NCBI GenBank assembly: GCA_963668535.1 | Contig: OY764867.1 | Location: 839,111-903,110 of the forward strand | Length of the DNA: 64,000 nucleotides | Direction of reading: 5' to 3' | DNA from: Bacteroidaceae bacterium | Lineage (GTDB): Bacteria; Bacteroidota; Bacteroidia; Bacteroidales; Bacteroidaceae | Shown: positions 25,449 through 36,470 of the stretch, piece after piece | Layout of the letters: the number at the start of each line of letters is the position of its first letter | Numbering within the stretch: the stretch's first letter is position 1 | The notes under the pieces: model-generated | Databases searched by the model: none | Told to the model about the DNA's origin: nothing | Seen by the model: the letters and a program-made list of their open reading frames with translations, nothing else | Program-made: the position numbers and the translations under genes

Positions 25449-26213
25449 GTGGCAAAAGGTAAATTAGAAAAGTTTGCTGACATGGCAAGCTATCCTCATG
25501 TATTTGAATATCCTCATTCTATTATTGATGAAGTTCCTTTCGAGATGAAAGGTCGTTGGCATAAGGATTTTTTCAAAAATGACAATCCTATCGTTCTTGA
25601 ACTTGGATGTGGTCGCGGTGAATATACCGTGGGCTTAGCGCGTATGTTTCCAAACAAGAACTTTATTGGTGTAGATATAAAAGGAGCACGAATGTGGACA
25701 GGGGCAACTGAATCGCTCCGTGATGGACTTAGTAATGTTGCATTTCTTCGTACTAATATTGAGATTATCGAACGATTTTTTGCATCCAATGAAGTTAGTG
25801 AGATTTGGTTTACTTTCTCTGATCCTCAAATGAAGAAAGCAACCAAAAGATTGACATCGACATTCTTCATGGAGAGATATCGTAAATTTATCACTCCAAA
25901 TGCTACTTTACATTTAAAAACTGATAGTGATTTCCTCTTTACGTATACGAAGTACATGATAGAGCATAATCATTTGCCTGTACATTTGATGACCAAAGAT
26001 TTATATCATGACAACCAAGGTTTGGTAGATGATATCTTAGATATTAAGACATACTACGAACAGCAATGGCTTGATCGTGGACTAAATATTAAATATATTC
26101 AATGGTCATTGCCGCTTGATACTCCACTGGAAGAGCCAGATATAGAAATAGAACTGGACAGTTACAGAAGTTACAACCGCAGTAAACGTAGCGGACTGTC
26201 AACAAGCAAATAA
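25449..26213 (+). CDS. trmB: tRNA (guanine-N7)-methyltransferase
   Basis: [18 protein letters not shown] motif and [11 protein letters not shown] start. Confidence 0.88.
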   Translation: MAKGKLEKFADMASYPHVFEYPHSIIDEVPFEMKGRWHKDFFKNDNPIVLELGCGRGEYTVGLARMFPNKNFIGVDIKGARMWTGATESLRDGLSNVAFLRTNIEIIERFFASNEVSEIWFTFSDPQMKKATKRLTSTFFMERYRKFITPNATLHLKTDSDFLFTYTKYMIEHNHLPVHLMTKDLYHDNQGLVDDILDIKTYYEQQWLDRGLNIKYIQWSLPLDTPLEEPDIEIELDSYRSYNRSKRSGLSTSK

Positions 26214-26298
26214 AATGAGATAAGAACTAAACAATCACCAAAGAAGTAATTGTTTGTCGTCACATAAGTAATAATAAGTAAATCAAAATAATAGGAAA

Positions 26299-27402
26299 AT
26301 GGCTTTATATCCAAAACTAGTATTAGATTCATTAAGCACTGTGCGCTATCCTGGTACAGGAAAGAATCTAGTGGAAGCTGGAATGGTAGAAGATAACATT
26401 CGTATTGAAGGCATGAAGGTTTCTTTTTCACTCATTTTTGAGAAAGAAACAGATCCATTTCTAAAATCAGTACGTATGGCCTGTGTTGCTGCGCTTAAAC
26501 GCGACATCCCAGGTATAGAGATTGAAGGTAACATCAGCATTAAAACACTTCAGGCACCACGTCCAGAAGCAGGTAATATGCTTAAAGGAGTTAAAAATAT
26601 TATTGGTATTTCGTCTGGTAAGGGAGGTGTCGGTAAATCAACTGTCTCAGCTAATCTTGCGGTTGCACTCGCTAAACAAGGATACAAGGTGGGGTTGCTT
26701 GATGCAGATATCTTTGGCCCTTCTATGCCTAAGATGTTTAATGTGGAAGATGCGCGCCCTGTTGCTGATAATATTGACGGACGTGAAGTTATCGTACCCG
26801 TACAAAAATATGGCGTTACTTTATTGTCTATTGGCTTCTTTGTCGATCCAGACCAAGCAACATTGTGGCGTGGTGGTATGGCTAGTAATGCGCTAAAACA
26901 GTTAATTGCAGATTGTAATTGGGGAGAATTGGATTATTTCCTTATCGATTTGCCTCCTGGTACTAGTGATGTGCACCTTACTATTGTACAAAATATTGCA
27001 ATGACTGGAGCTATCGTAATCAGTACTCCACAAGATGTAGCACTTGCTGATGCACGAAAAGGTATCAATATGTTTACCAATGATAAGGTCAATGTACCTA
27101 TCTTAGGATTGGTTGAGAATATGGCTTACTTCACTCCAGAAGAATTGCCTGATAATAAATACTATATCTTTGGTAAAGAAGGTGCTAAACGTCTCGCAGA
27201 AGAGATGAACGTTCCTCTTCTTGCAGAAATTCCATTGGTACAAGGAATCCGTGAAGGAGGTGACGTCGGTGCACCAGTAGCACTTGATCCAGAGAGCATC
27301 ACTGGTAAGGCTTTCCACCAATTGGCACTAAATGTAGTAGCACAAATAGATAAACGTAATCGTGAACTTCCTCCGAGTCGTCACGTAGATATTCATTCAT
27401 AA
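26299..27402 (+). CDS. mrp: Mrp/NBP35-family Fe-S cluster carrier ATPase
   Basis: N-terminal DUF59-like module, P-loop SGKGGVGKST, and DLPPGTSD. Confidence 0.92.
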   Translation: MALYPKLVLDSLSTVRYPGTGKNLVEAGMVEDNIRIEGMKVSFSLIFEKETDPFLKSVRMACVAALKRDIPGIEIEGNISIKTLQAPRPEAGNMLKGVKNIIGISSGKGGVGKSTVSANLAVALAKQGYKVGLLDADIFGPSMPKMFNVEDARPVADNIDGREVIVPVQKYGVTLLSIGFFVDPDQATLWRGGMASNALKQLIADCNWGELDYFLIDLPPGTSDVHLTIVQNIAMTGAIVISTPQDVALADARKGINMFTNDKVNVPILGLVENMAYFTPEELPDNKYYIFGKEGAKRLAEEMNVPLLAEIPLVQGIREGGDVGAPVALDPESITGKAFHQLALNVVAQIDKRNRELPPSRHVDIHS

Positions 27403-27420
27403 ACAATTTTATAGTAAAAG

Positions 27421-27756
27421 ATGAGCGAAACAAATCCAATTTGCCCAGAATGCGGTACAACGAACAATTATTTTGATGGGACACTCCATGTATGTATGGA
27501 TTGCAATCATGAGTGGACACCAGAAGAAGCTGCAGCCGCAGCTGAAGCAACGATTTGCAAAGATTCTAATGGCACACTACTTGAAGATGGCGATGCAGTA
27601 ACAGTCATCAAAGATTTGAAAGTAAAAGGTTCTTCTATGGTTATTAAACGAGGTACTAAAGTAAAAAGTATCCGTCTTACTGAAAATCCAAAAGAAGTCG
27701 ATTGTAAAATTGACGGTTCTAGCATTGTACTTAAGACATGTTTCTTAAAGAAGTAA
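27421..27756 (+). CDS. yjdM: zinc-ribbon protein YjdM/PhnA family
   Basis: CPECG...CMDCNHEW zinc ribbon plus a C-terminal KDLKVKGSS..IKRGTKV.. domain. 111 aa. Confidence 0.85.
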   Translation: MSETNPICPECGTTNNYFDGTLHVCMDCNHEWTPEEAAAAAEATICKDSNGTLLEDGDAVTVIKDLKVKGSSMVIKRGTKVKSIRLTENPKEVDCKIDGSSIVLKTCFLKK

Positions 27757-27837
27757 CCAATACATACAACAAAAATAGCCTACAGCAAAAGTCGGATAAG
27801 ACTGAGCTGTAGGTCTGTTTATTAACCACAATATCCC

Positions 27838-28329
27838 ATGCAATTAATCCTCATAGCAGCCTTAGACCAACGTGGAGCTATTGGGCATAAAGGTAAGCTT
27901 TTATTTTGGCTTCCTAATGATCTCAAACGTTTCAAAGCCTTGACTACTAGACATACGATTCTAATGGGACGTAAGACATTCGAATCGTTACCAAATGGTG
28001 CATTACCCAATAGAAGAAATATTGTTCTCTCACACAATACATCATTAGAATTGGCTGGCGCCGAAGTTTTTAGCTCATTGAACGAAGCACTAGGAAGCTG
28101 TGCCTCAAATGAGACTGTATATGTTATAGGGGGAGCACAAATATACGCGGAAACAATCGGGCATGCAGATGGACTGTGCATCACACATATCGAAGCGATT
28201 GCCCCCCAAGCTGATGCTTTTTTTCCTACGATTGATGATTCAATATGGAAAATAAGCGTGAAAGAGCCTCATCTTGCAGATGAAAAGCACCTTCACGCTT
28301 ATTGTTTTACTGATTACATCCGTCGTTAA
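27838..28329 (+). CDS. folA: dihydrofolate reductase
   Basis: LIAALDQRGAIG..LPNDLKRFKALT..ILMGRKTFESLP and VIGGAQIY. Confidence 0.93.
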   Translation: MQLILIAALDQRGAIGHKGKLLFWLPNDLKRFKALTTRHTILMGRKTFESLPNGALPNRRNIVLSHNTSLELAGAEVFSSLNEALGSCASNETVYVIGGAQIYAETIGHADGLCITHIEAIAPQADAFFPTIDDSIWKISVKEPHLADEKHLHAYCFTDYIRR

Positions 28330-28352
28330 TTCAGATGTTTACTGAGTTATGA

Positions 28353-28826
28353 TTAATCTTCAGAGACACCATCGATAGGAATTTGACGTTTAATATATTC
28401 ATCAAAGGATATTAAAGTTTCCGTTCGAGCTAAACCAAGCGGCTGCAGCTTGTCGTGAATAATACGCATCAAATGACGATTATTCTTTGCATAGATCTTG
28501 ATAAACATATCATACTTGCCTGTTGTAAAGTGACATTCCACAATTTCTGGAATAGATTGCATCTTTTCTGCAACGACTTTAAAACTTGCTGGATCTTTCA
28601 GGTAAACGCCAATATATGCACAAGTTTCATATCCCACTTTCTGAGGATCAATAACATATTGTGATCCCTTTAGGATACCTAAGTTGGTTAATTTCTGAAT
28701 TCGTTGATGGATAGCTGCTCCTGACACATTGCATGCACGAGCGACTTCCAAAAATGGAATACGGGCGTTATCGGCTACTAAATTTAAGATTTGCTCATCT
28801 AATGAGTCTAGTTGATGGTGTCCCAT
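28353..28826 (-). CDS. Lrp/AsnC-family transcriptional regulator
   Basis: HTH LDEQILNLVADNARIPFLEVARACNVSGAAIHQRIQKL plus a RAM-like C-terminal domain. Confidence 0.9.
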   Translation of the reverse strand: MGHHQLDSLDEQILNLVADNARIPFLEVARACNVSGAAIHQRIQKLTNLGILKGSQYVIDPQKVGYETCAYIGVYLKDPASFKVVAEKMQSIPEIVECHFTTGKYDMFIKIYAKNNRHLMRIIHDKLQPLGLARTETLISFDEYIKRQIPIDGVSED

Positions 28827-28863
28827 AATACTTATTATTCTCTTATTTTGTTTGTATATTGCA

Positions 28864-28871
28864 CAAAAATA
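28864..28871 (-). promoter_or_regulatory. -7 box TATTTTTG (minus strand)
   Basis: 38 nt upstream of the Lrp/AsnC gene. Confidence 0.4.
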
Positions 28872-28924
28872 GAGGTTTAAATCCCAATCTGAACGTTTTA
28901 ACCCTTAAATTATCAGAAAATGTA

Positions 28925-30337
28925 ATGAAAAATTTATTTTTTATACTGTTAATAGTCTGTTACGCTAACTTAAATCTAGAAAGTGCAGCACAAGAAAAAG
29001 TCAATACGAGTACTTTTACTCATTCGTCATTGAGTGAAAAGGTGAATTTTAACACCTTCTTTAGCGACAAAACTTTACGTCTAGATTACATTTTTAGTGG
29101 TGATGTACACAAACAAGACATCAGCCTTTCAGAAATGGTATTATGGGATCAATGGGTCGGAAGGCGTCATAATCTCAATAAATTACCTTTGCTAGGGAAT
29201 GGTGATATTAGAGTGAGAGACCTAAAAACGCAGAAAACTATTTACCGAACTAGTTTCTCTTCGCTTTTCCAAGAATGGATTTTGACTCCTGAAGCCAAAC
29301 AACGCAGTAGAGCTTTTGAAAACTGTTTTCAAATACCGATGCCTCTTCATGATGCTGAAGTAGAAATTATTTTGCGCAATGCCCATCAAGATACTATTGC
29401 TGACTTCATTCATCCTATATCCCCCAAAGATATCTTAATTAGGAAAGTTGATGCTGCTTCGTCACAAAAAAAGACTGCCCATGAATACATCCAAATATCT
29501 AACAACTCAAAGGCTGAAACTACAATAGATGTTTCACAAATGCCTTGGCATGATCCCAAGCAGGCTATTGACGTAGCTATAGTAGCTGAAGGATATACAG
29601 CAGATGAGATGGATACTTTTAAAGAAGATGCTAAAATGGCAATAAGGAGCATCACAAGCTATGCACCCTTCTCGAAATACAGCAATCGCTTCAATTACTT
29701 AGTCATATGCAGTCCATCAATAGACTCGGGAGTCACCATTCCACGTAATGGAGAATGGAAAGAGACAGCGGTATCATCACATTTTGATACTTTTTATTCT
29801 CGTCGTTACTTGACAACGCAACGATTAAAAAAATTACATAATCTACTAGCAGGTTTTCCTTATGAGCACATCATTGTTTTGGCCAATACGGACACATATG
29901 GTGGTGGAGGTATATATAATAGTTACACGCTAACAACTGCTCATCACGCTTTATTTTGGCCAGTAGTCACACATGAATTCGGTCATAGTTTCGGTGGTTT
30001 AGCAGATGAATATGCATACGCTAATGCAGGTGATGACTCTTATTATCCCAGTGATCGTGAACCATGGGAACCCAATATTACCACTCTACACAATTTCAAA
30101 GCTAAATGGAAGGATATGCTTTCTAAAGGGTGTTCCATTCCAACCCCAACTCCAAATGCGACTTCTGCTGATATACACTCGACAACTAAACTGGGAGTGT
30201 ACGAAGGAGCGGGTTATCAGGAAAAGGGAACTTACCGGTCAACTCCCGACTGTAGAATGCGAACTAACGATGCCAAAGCTTTTTGTCCAGTATGTCAACG
30301 TGCGCTCACTCGTATCATTAATTTTTATACAAAATAG
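28925..30337 (+). CDS. M64-family (IgA-peptidase-like) zinc metallopeptidase
   Basis: Signal peptide MKNLFFILLIVCYA and zinc site VVTHEFGHSFGGLADEY. The ATG at 28925 is preferred over the upstream TTG at 28859. Confidence 0.85.
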   Translation: MKNLFFILLIVCYANLNLESAAQEKVNTSTFTHSSLSEKVNFNTFFSDKTLRLDYIFSGDVHKQDISLSEMVLWDQWVGRRHNLNKLPLLGNGDIRVRDLKTQKTIYRTSFSSLFQEWILTPEAKQRSRAFENCFQIPMPLHDAEVEIILRNAHQDTIADFIHPISPKDILIRKVDAASSQKKTAHEYIQISNNSKAETTIDVSQMPWHDPKQAIDVAIVAEGYTADEMDTFKEDAKMAIRSITSYAPFSKYSNRFNYLVICSPSIDSGVTIPRNGEWKETAVSSHFDTFYSRRYLTTQRLKKLHNLLAGFPYEHIIVLANTDTYGGGGIYNSYTLTTAHHALFWPVVTHEFGHSFGGLADEYAYANAGDDSYYPSDREPWEPNITTLHNFKAKWKDMLSKGCSIPTPTPNATSADIHSTTKLGVYEGAGYQEKGTYRSTPDCRMRTNDAKAFCPVCQRALTRIINFYTK

Positions 30338-30469
30338 AGACTAGAAATAAAATGGTCACACACGATGTTCAATAACATCTAGTTTTTATAGGGCATTATT
30401 GAATGCGTTCTAGTAGAATAGTTTATATTTACGTCAATTGATTTTTAACCATCTCATTGACCTATAACT

Positions 30470-31636
30470 ATGAAATTTAGTAAGATAAACTTACCTACAA
30501 GTACCAAACGTAGTCTTGAGGCCCTACTCTTTCTTATGTGTTTTCTATCCATATTTGGGTATATTGCCCACATTATGGGTACATCCAATATGCTCAACAC
30601 AATGATGAATACGGCCTATAAACTGATTATAGACACAGTCTTATATATCATGGCTATTACTGTTCTTTCAGGAGCATTGGGAAACTTGCTTATTGAATTT
30701 GGTGTCGTGCGCTTATTGGAACGTGGATTGCGGTATCTTATGGGACCACTTTATAATCTACCAGGTGTAGCTGCATTAGGTGGCGTATTGACTTTCTTAT
30801 CAGACAATCCCGCCATTATTTCATTATCAAAAGATAAGCATTTCAATAAGTATTTCGAAAAATATCAAATCATTTCTTTCACGAACTTCGGGACAGCGTT
30901 TGGCATGGGACTAGTGGTCATTGTCTTCATGGCGGGACGAGGATTTGTAAGTGCGGCATTAGTTGGACTTAGCGGTGCCATCGTAGGTAGTATTATTTCC
31001 ACAAGATTGATGCAAACATTTATTTTGAGGTCCAATCCAGAACTCAAATGTGGCTATGTAGAAGAGGGGCACGATGAAAAAATCACTTTACAAAGTGAAG
31101 GCTCAGTTTTCCTACGTATTTTAAATAGTATTTTGGATGGAGGAAAATCTGGCGTGGATTTGGGCTTGGCTATTATCCCAGGTGTATTAATCATATCTAC
31201 CTTTGTTATGATGCTCACCTTCGGTCCAAATACGTCAGGAGATTATACAGGATCTGCTTATGAAGGGATAGCTCTTCTTCCAGAACTGGCCAACAAAGTA
31301 AATGGAGTCTTTTCATTTCTATTTGGTTTCCGCGACACAAAACTGATTGCATTCCCTATTACTGCCCTTGGTGCTGTTGGAGCAGCACTAGGACTCATTC
31401 CCAAATTTCAAGATGCTGGTATTCTAGACGGTAATGCGATAGCTGTTTTCACAGCAATAGGAATGTGTTGGAGTGGATACCTAAGTACTCACACAGCCAT
31501 GCTAGATTCTTTAGGATTTCGAGAACTAACTTCTAAAGCTATAATAGCACATACAATTGGTGGTCTATGTGCTGGTATTTTTGCACACTTTTTGGTCGTC
31601 ATTATTCATGCTCTATCTCTTTGTGCTACTCTGTAG
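30470..31636 (+). CDS. polytopic membrane protein, possibly nucleoside-recognition (Gate) domain family
   Basis: 388 aa with at least 8 hydrophobic segments. The family assignment is only a resemblance (YjiH/SpmA-like) and is not verified. Confidence 0.6.
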   Translation: MKFSKINLPTSTKRSLEALLFLMCFLSIFGYIAHIMGTSNMLNTMMNTAYKLIIDTVLYIMAITVLSGALGNLLIEFGVVRLLERGLRYLMGPLYNLPGVAALGGVLTFLSDNPAIISLSKDKHFNKYFEKYQIISFTNFGTAFGMGLVVIVFMAGRGFVSAALVGLSGAIVGSIISTRLMQTFILRSNPELKCGYVEEGHDEKITLQSEGSVFLRILNSILDGGKSGVDLGLAIIPGVLIISTFVMMLTFGPNTSGDYTGSAYEGIALLPELANKVNGVFSFLFGFRDTKLIAFPITALGAVGAALGLIPKFQDAGILDGNAIAVFTAIGMCWSGYLSTHTAMLDSLGFRELTSKAIIAHTIGGLCAGIFAHFLVVIIHALSLCATL

Positions 31637-31705
31637 ATAGAATACACTGCGTACTCAAAATCGCTAAATACGATAATCACATCGTAAGACAAGTCTAAAA
31701 GTACA

Positions 31706-31738
31706 AAAACCAGTGCATCACTGCACTGGTTTCTATAT
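31706..31738. terminator. bidirectional hairpin terminator
   Basis: Stem AACCAGTGCA / TGCACTGGTT with a 4-nt loop. It is flanked by an A-run and T-rich sequence. Confidence 0.7.
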
Positions 31739-32100
31739 TAGAGAGAATTCTGATTATTATTGTGAGAAACTTTGTATTTGCTGTTGGAACTTAATAGTCT
31801 GCAAATAATTACAGAATTCGATGACAAAAGTAATCATACCCAACAGAAGTACAGCATATTATTATTGACAAATAATTCGCATTTTACTATCGCGAGAGAA
31901 ATGATCATGTATTTATCGATTTTCTTATCATTTATTTGTACACAAACAAGAAAATGACTTGACAAAAACTTGACAAGTAAGCTATATCCATCCTTTTCTT
32001 TTTATCTGTGTACAAAAAAGAGTATTCTATTTTCTACAACACTAATATAAGACACCATCTTTTCACGGCTCATATTGAAGTAATTATGAGAAATAGTTGT

Positions 32101-32108
32101 TATCTTTG
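32101..32108 (+). promoter_or_regulatory. -7 box TATCTTTG
   Basis: 20 nt upstream of the DUF4286-like gene. Confidence 0.45.
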
Positions 32109-32127
32109 CATATAAAAAAGAAAGACT

Positions 32128-32439
32128 ATGCTGATTTTCAACACAACTTATCAAGTTAGCGAAGCACATGCTCGCAATTTTCTAATCTGGCTGACTCAGT
32201 CATATATTCCTACTGTTCTTAACAATGGATGTCTTAAAGAACCACGTCTTGCAGAAGTCCTATCTCATGGAGCACAAGAAAAAGGACGTACTTACAGCCT
32301 ACAATTTGAGGTTGAGAATAGTGCAAAATTACACGAGTGGCATTCTACACAAGGCATACAGTTGAATACTGAATTAGTAGAAATGTTCAAAGAAGAAGTA
32401 GTCGGTTTCCCTACTTTAATGGAAAAATTGGATCTGTAG
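32128..32439 (+). CDS. DUF4286-like small protein
   Basis: 103 aa with an [10 protein letters not shown]... N-terminus typical of this Bacteroidota family. Its stop lies 1 nt before the ruvC start. Confidence 0.6.
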   Translation: MLIFNTTYQVSEAHARNFLIWLTQSYIPTVLNNGCLKEPRLAEVLSHGAQEKGRTYSLQFEVENSAKLHEWHSTQGIQLNTELVEMFKEEVVGFPTLMEKLDL

Positions 32440-32440
32440 C

Positions 32441-33076
32441 ATGCATATGTCTAAACTCCCCAAAGAAAGAATTATCTTAGGTATTGACCCTGGTACAACA
32501 ATCATGGGCTATGGTGTTTTACGGGTTATTGGGAACAAACCTGAAATGATAGCCATGGGAGTTATTGACTTACGTAAATATGGTGACCATTATTTAAAAC
32601 TCCGTAGGATAGCCGAACGTATCTCCAGCATCATCGAGAGTTTTCTGCCCGATGAAGTGGCGATCGAAGCTCCTTTTTTTGGTAAAAATGTTCAAAGTAT
32701 GCTGAAACTAGGACGTGCACAAGGAGTGGCTATGGCTATGGCCTTAATGAGAGATATCCCTATTACTGAATATGCCCCACTGAAAATAAAAATGGCCATT
32801 ACTGGTAAAGGACAAGCCACTAAAGAGCAGGTCGCTGATATGCTAAGACGTATGCTCAACATTCCACAAAAACAAATGCCTGAGCATCTAGATGCTACAG
32901 ATGGATTGGCAGCAGCATATTGTCATTTTTTGCAAAGTGGACGCCCACAGACTGAAAAAGCATATGGAAGTTGGAAAGAATTTATGACCAAGCATCCATC
33001 TAGAATCTCTTCGGGTAAACAACCCACCAAAGCACAAAAACAACTACAACAAGCGTTATCGGATAAAAAGAAATAA
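32441..33076 (+). CDS. ruvC: crossover junction endodeoxyribonuclease RuvC with basic C-terminal tail
   Basis: [26 protein letters not shown], and [12 protein letters not shown]. About 45 extra K/Q-rich residues at the C-terminus. Confidence 0.9.
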   Translation: MHMSKLPKERIILGIDPGTTIMGYGVLRVIGNKPEMIAMGVIDLRKYGDHYLKLRRIAERISSIIESFLPDEVAIEAPFFGKNVQSMLKLGRAQGVAMAMALMRDIPITEYAPLKIKMAITGKGQATKEQVADMLRRMLNIPQKQMPEHLDATDGLAAAYCHFLQSGRPQTEKAYGSWKEFMTKHPSRISSGKQPTKAQKQLQQALSDKKK

Positions 33077-33096
33077 CCTATACACACATAATAACC

Positions 33097-35100
33097 ATGA
33101 ATAAAGCTATGATTGGCGCTTTATGCACCACGGCTACTTTAGCCATTAGTTGCCAGCAAACTGGAAAAACATATGCAAGTTACGAATTGTATCCCGTTGC
33201 TAAACATTTGGATGAGATGGTGTATACACCAAACAAAACTCTCTTTAGTGTATGGTCACCAACAGCTGAAGAAGCGGTTGTTAGGATATATACTGATGGC
33301 GTCGGTGGAAAGCCCATTGAGACAATCCATATGAAACCACAGGCAGACGGCACATGGACAACTAATGTGCAAGAAGACTTATTGAATACATTTTACACCT
33401 TTGAAGTTAAAGTGCAAGACAAATGGTTAGGAGAAAGTGCTGGCATAAATGCCAAAGCAGTTGGTGTCAATGGTAAACGAGGAGCTATTATTGATTTTGC
33501 TAATACTAATCCAACAGGATGGGATAAGGATAAACGCCCAGCATTGAAAAATATCAGTGATGTAATATTGTATGAAATGCACCACAGAGACTTCTCTATT
33601 GACTCTTCATCTGGTATACAACACAAAGGAAAATTTCTAGCTCTATCTGAAAGAGGTACAAAAAATCCAGAAATGGAATCAACTGGATTGGATCATTTAG
33701 TAGACTTGGGTATCACACACGTACATTTACTTCCTTCTTTTGATTATGGGTCTATAGACGAGACCAAACTAAACGAAGCAAAATACAATTGGGGATATGA
33801 TCCAGTAAACTACAATGTACCCGAGGGGGGATACAGCACTGACCCTTACAACCCTACTACACGCATAAAGGAATTTAAACAAATGGTACAAGCAATGCAT
33901 AAGGCAGGGCTACGCGTCGTGCTCGATGTTGTATATAACCATACCTTTAGTGCACCATATAGTGCTTTCGATCGAACATCACCAGGATATTTCTACCGTC
34001 ATATTGCAGATAGTACGCATACATACTCAAATGCATCAGGCTGTGGCAACGAAACTGCTAGTGAATTGCCAATGATGCGTAAATATATGATTGAATCAAT
34101 CAAATATTGGGTTAGCGAATATCATATTGATGGATTCCGATTTGACTTAATGGGTATTCACGACTTGGAGACAATGCGCCAAATTCGTCAAGCTATAAAT
34201 AAAATAGACCCAAGTATTATCATGTATGGAGAGGGTTGGGCAGCTGGCACACCTCAATTACCGCAAAAAGATTTAGCAATGAAAGCCAACATTGGTCAAT
34301 TACAAGGAATTGCTGCATTTAGCGATGAACTTCGTGATGCCTTACGTGGTCCTTTTAACAATGATCATCAGGGTGGTTTTCTAGCCGGAATAACTGGCCA
34401 AGAAGAAAGTATAAAATTTGGCATAGTAGGAGGAATCCAACATGACGGTATCGATTTTTCTAAAATCAATTATACCAATAAACCTTGGGCTATCCAGCCA
34501 ACACAAATGATTAGTTATATATCTTGTCATGATGATATGTGCTTGGTCGATCGCTTAAAATCTAGCATCACCAACCTCAACATCACCAACCTTATAAAAT
34601 TAGATAAATTGGGACAAACTGCAATATTTACCTCTCAAGGCATCCCATTTATACAAGCAGGAGAAGAGATGTTGCGTGATAAAAAAGGTGTTCACAATAG
34701 TTTCGAGAGTCCAGATAGTATCAACGAAATTGATTGGTCTAACAAAAATAAATATCACGAAGTGTACTCCTATTATCGTGGTTTAATTCATATGCGTAAA
34801 GCACACCCTGCTTTTCATATGGGCAATGCAGACCTTGTGAGAAAGTACTTAAAATTCTTACCTGTTGATGAAAATGAAGTGGTCGCTTTCAAAATAAACG
34901 GAAAAGCTGTAGGAGATAGTTGGAAAGAAATTGTTGTGATTCTTAACGGACGAAATAAAACAGCTCGTATAAGTGTTCCAACAGGTAGATACACCACTGT
35001 ATGCGCAAATGGTCATATTGACTTAAAGGGCATAAACAAAATATCTGGAGGACATATTGATGTATCACCACATACGGCTTGGATAGGGTATAAAAAATAA
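33097..35100 (+). CDS. pulA: type I pullulanase (GH13) lipoprotein
   Basis: Lipobox LAISC. GH13 motifs YNWGYDP, VVLDVVYNH, GFRFDLMG, YGEGW and SCHDD. Confidence 0.9.
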   Translation: MNKAMIGALCTTATLAISCQQTGKTYASYELYPVAKHLDEMVYTPNKTLFSVWSPTAEEAVVRIYTDGVGGKPIETIHMKPQADGTWTTNVQEDLLNTFYTFEVKVQDKWLGESAGINAKAVGVNGKRGAIIDFANTNPTGWDKDKRPALKNISDVILYEMHHRDFSIDSSSGIQHKGKFLALSERGTKNPEMESTGLDHLVDLGITHVHLLPSFDYGSIDETKLNEAKYNWGYDPVNYNVPEGGYSTDPYNPTTRIKEFKQMVQAMHKAGLRVVLDVVYNHTFSAPYSAFDRTSPGYFYRHIADSTHTYSNASGCGNETASELPMMRKYMIESIKYWVSEYHIDGFRFDLMGIHDLETMRQIRQAINKIDPSIIMYGEGWAAGTPQLPQKDLAMKANIGQLQGIAAFSDELRDALRGPFNNDHQGGFLAGITGQEESIKFGIVGGIQHDGIDFSKINYTNKPWAIQPTQMISYISCHDDMCLVDRLKSSITNLNITNLIKLDKLGQTAIFTSQGIPFIQAGEEMLRDKKGVHNSFESPDSINEIDWSNKNKYHEVYSYYRGLIHMRKAHPAFHMGNADLVRKYLKFLPVDENEVVAFKINGKAVGDSWKEIVVILNGRNKTARISVPTGRYTTVCANGHIDLKGINKISGGHIDVSPHTAWIGYKK

Positions 35101-35103
35101 AAC

Positions 35104-35132
35104 ATGGTGTGCCAAGATACTTGGCACACCAT
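35104..35132. terminator. hairpin between convergent genes
   Basis: Near-perfect palindrome ATGGTGTGCCAAG-ATA-CTTGGCACACCAT. Confidence 0.55.
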
Positions 35133-35174
35133 AACGTTTTCTAGTAGAGAAATAAGAGAGTAAGTATTCTTATG

Positions 35175-36470
35175 CTATTTTAATTTGAAACTCACTGGCA
35201 CTGTATACTTAACATTTACCTTTTTTCCCTCTTGTTCTCCAGGTGTCCATGCAGGCATAGTAGAGATGACACGAATGGCTTCGGCATCAAGAGCGGGATC
35301 TACAGAGCGTACAACAACTGGATTAATAATTTCACCAGTTTTGCTGACAATAAACTGAACAATTACACGACCTTCTTTACCAGCTTTCTGAGCAGATTCA
35401 GGATACTTAATGTTGGTGCTCAAATAAGAAATAAAACCAGCCATTCCGCCATCAGTAAATGTAGGCATTACTTCTACGACATTGAATACTTCATTACTAG
35501 TCTTTGTTTGCTGAACCTCTGAATTAGCTTTTTGCAACTCTACTTTTGTTGCTTCTGTATGTTTTAGCGTATCTTGTTGTTTATTACAAGAAATCACTAG
35601 AGCCATAAGTGCAACAACAGGAAATAATCCTACAATTTTCAAAGCATTCTTTCTCCAACTTAACGTTTCGTTTTTTTGTTTTTGCATCATAATAATTCGT
35701 TTTTTTAGGCTACTATGGTTTAAACTGTTAGCAAGGGCATAGCGCTTACTGCCCATACTGCGAGTTACTAGTAGCAATTGATATTGTATTGCATCGATGC
35801 CTTGGTTAATTACATACTGATCTGCCTCATACTCATGCAAATCTTGGAGATCTCGCTTAATCAACCAGGCAACAGGATTGCACCAAAATAAAATAAGTAA
35901 CACATCAAGTAGTAAAAGATCTAAAGTATGTCCTAATAGTATATGGGCACGTTCATGTAAGATTATTGCCTGTAAATCTTGAGGATCTTCATGATCAGAC
36001 ACCACAATATAACGGTACCAACTAAAAGGAATAGATAAATGTGAAACACGAATCAACTTCAGTCCATTACCTAAAGATTCGTATTGACCACTACGTATTT
36101 TTTTATACAAGCTAGCATACATCAAGCATGAACTAAAAGCAAAATAGCTTGCACCAATAAGAAAAAGAATGAGTAGTACAACTTCCCATAAAGGTACACC
36201 TAGTCCTCCCCCCACATTAATTGTACGAACTATTGAAGTGCCTATAACGACATCAGGTAGCCACAATGAGATTTGTTGTCTTGCAGATTCGGTATCAAAT
36301 AATCCACTAGGTAGAAGAGGTAACAAAAAACTAAGTGCTACAACCACCCACAGCAACACCCTATTAAAATGATGTGAAGCCTGTGAACGAGTCAGGACGC
36401 AATAAGTTGTATACAATACAGCTAATAAAACGTTCACCCACAAAAAATAAGATATAACAAGATGCATCAT
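35175..36470 (-). CDS. M56 (BlaR1-like) peptidase-domain membrane protein fused to a TonB C-terminal domain
   Basis: HExxH in ILHERAHILLGH, several TM helices, and a C-terminal TonB_C-like VVEVMPTF..GKEGRVIVQFIV... Confidence 0.85.
   Translation of the reverse strand: MMHLVISYFLWVNVLLAVLYTTYCVLTRSQASHHFNRVLLWVVVALSFLLPLLPSGLFDTESARQQISLWLPDVVIGTSIVRTINVGGGLGVPLWEVVLLILFLIGASYFAFSSCLMYASLYKKIRSGQYESLGNGLKLIRVSHLSIPFSWYRYIVVSDHEDPQDLQAIILHERAHILLGHTLDLLLLDVLLILFWCNPVAWLIKRDLQDLHEYEADQYVINQGIDAIQYQLLLVTRSMGSKRYALANSLNHSSLKKRIIMMQKQKNETLSWRKNALKIVGLFPVVALMALVISCNKQQDTLKHTEATKVELQKANSEVQQTKTSNEVFNVVEVMPTFTDGGMAGFISYLSTNIKYPESAQKAGKEGRVIVQFIVSKTGEIINPVVVRSVDPALDAEAIRVISTMPAWTPGEQEGKKVNVKYTVPVSFKLK

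Noticed and set aside
31772-31957. 61-aa ORF in the long spacer.
   Set aside because: It has a non-ATG start, no promoter box in the sense orientation and a low-complexity product. It is probably non-coding.
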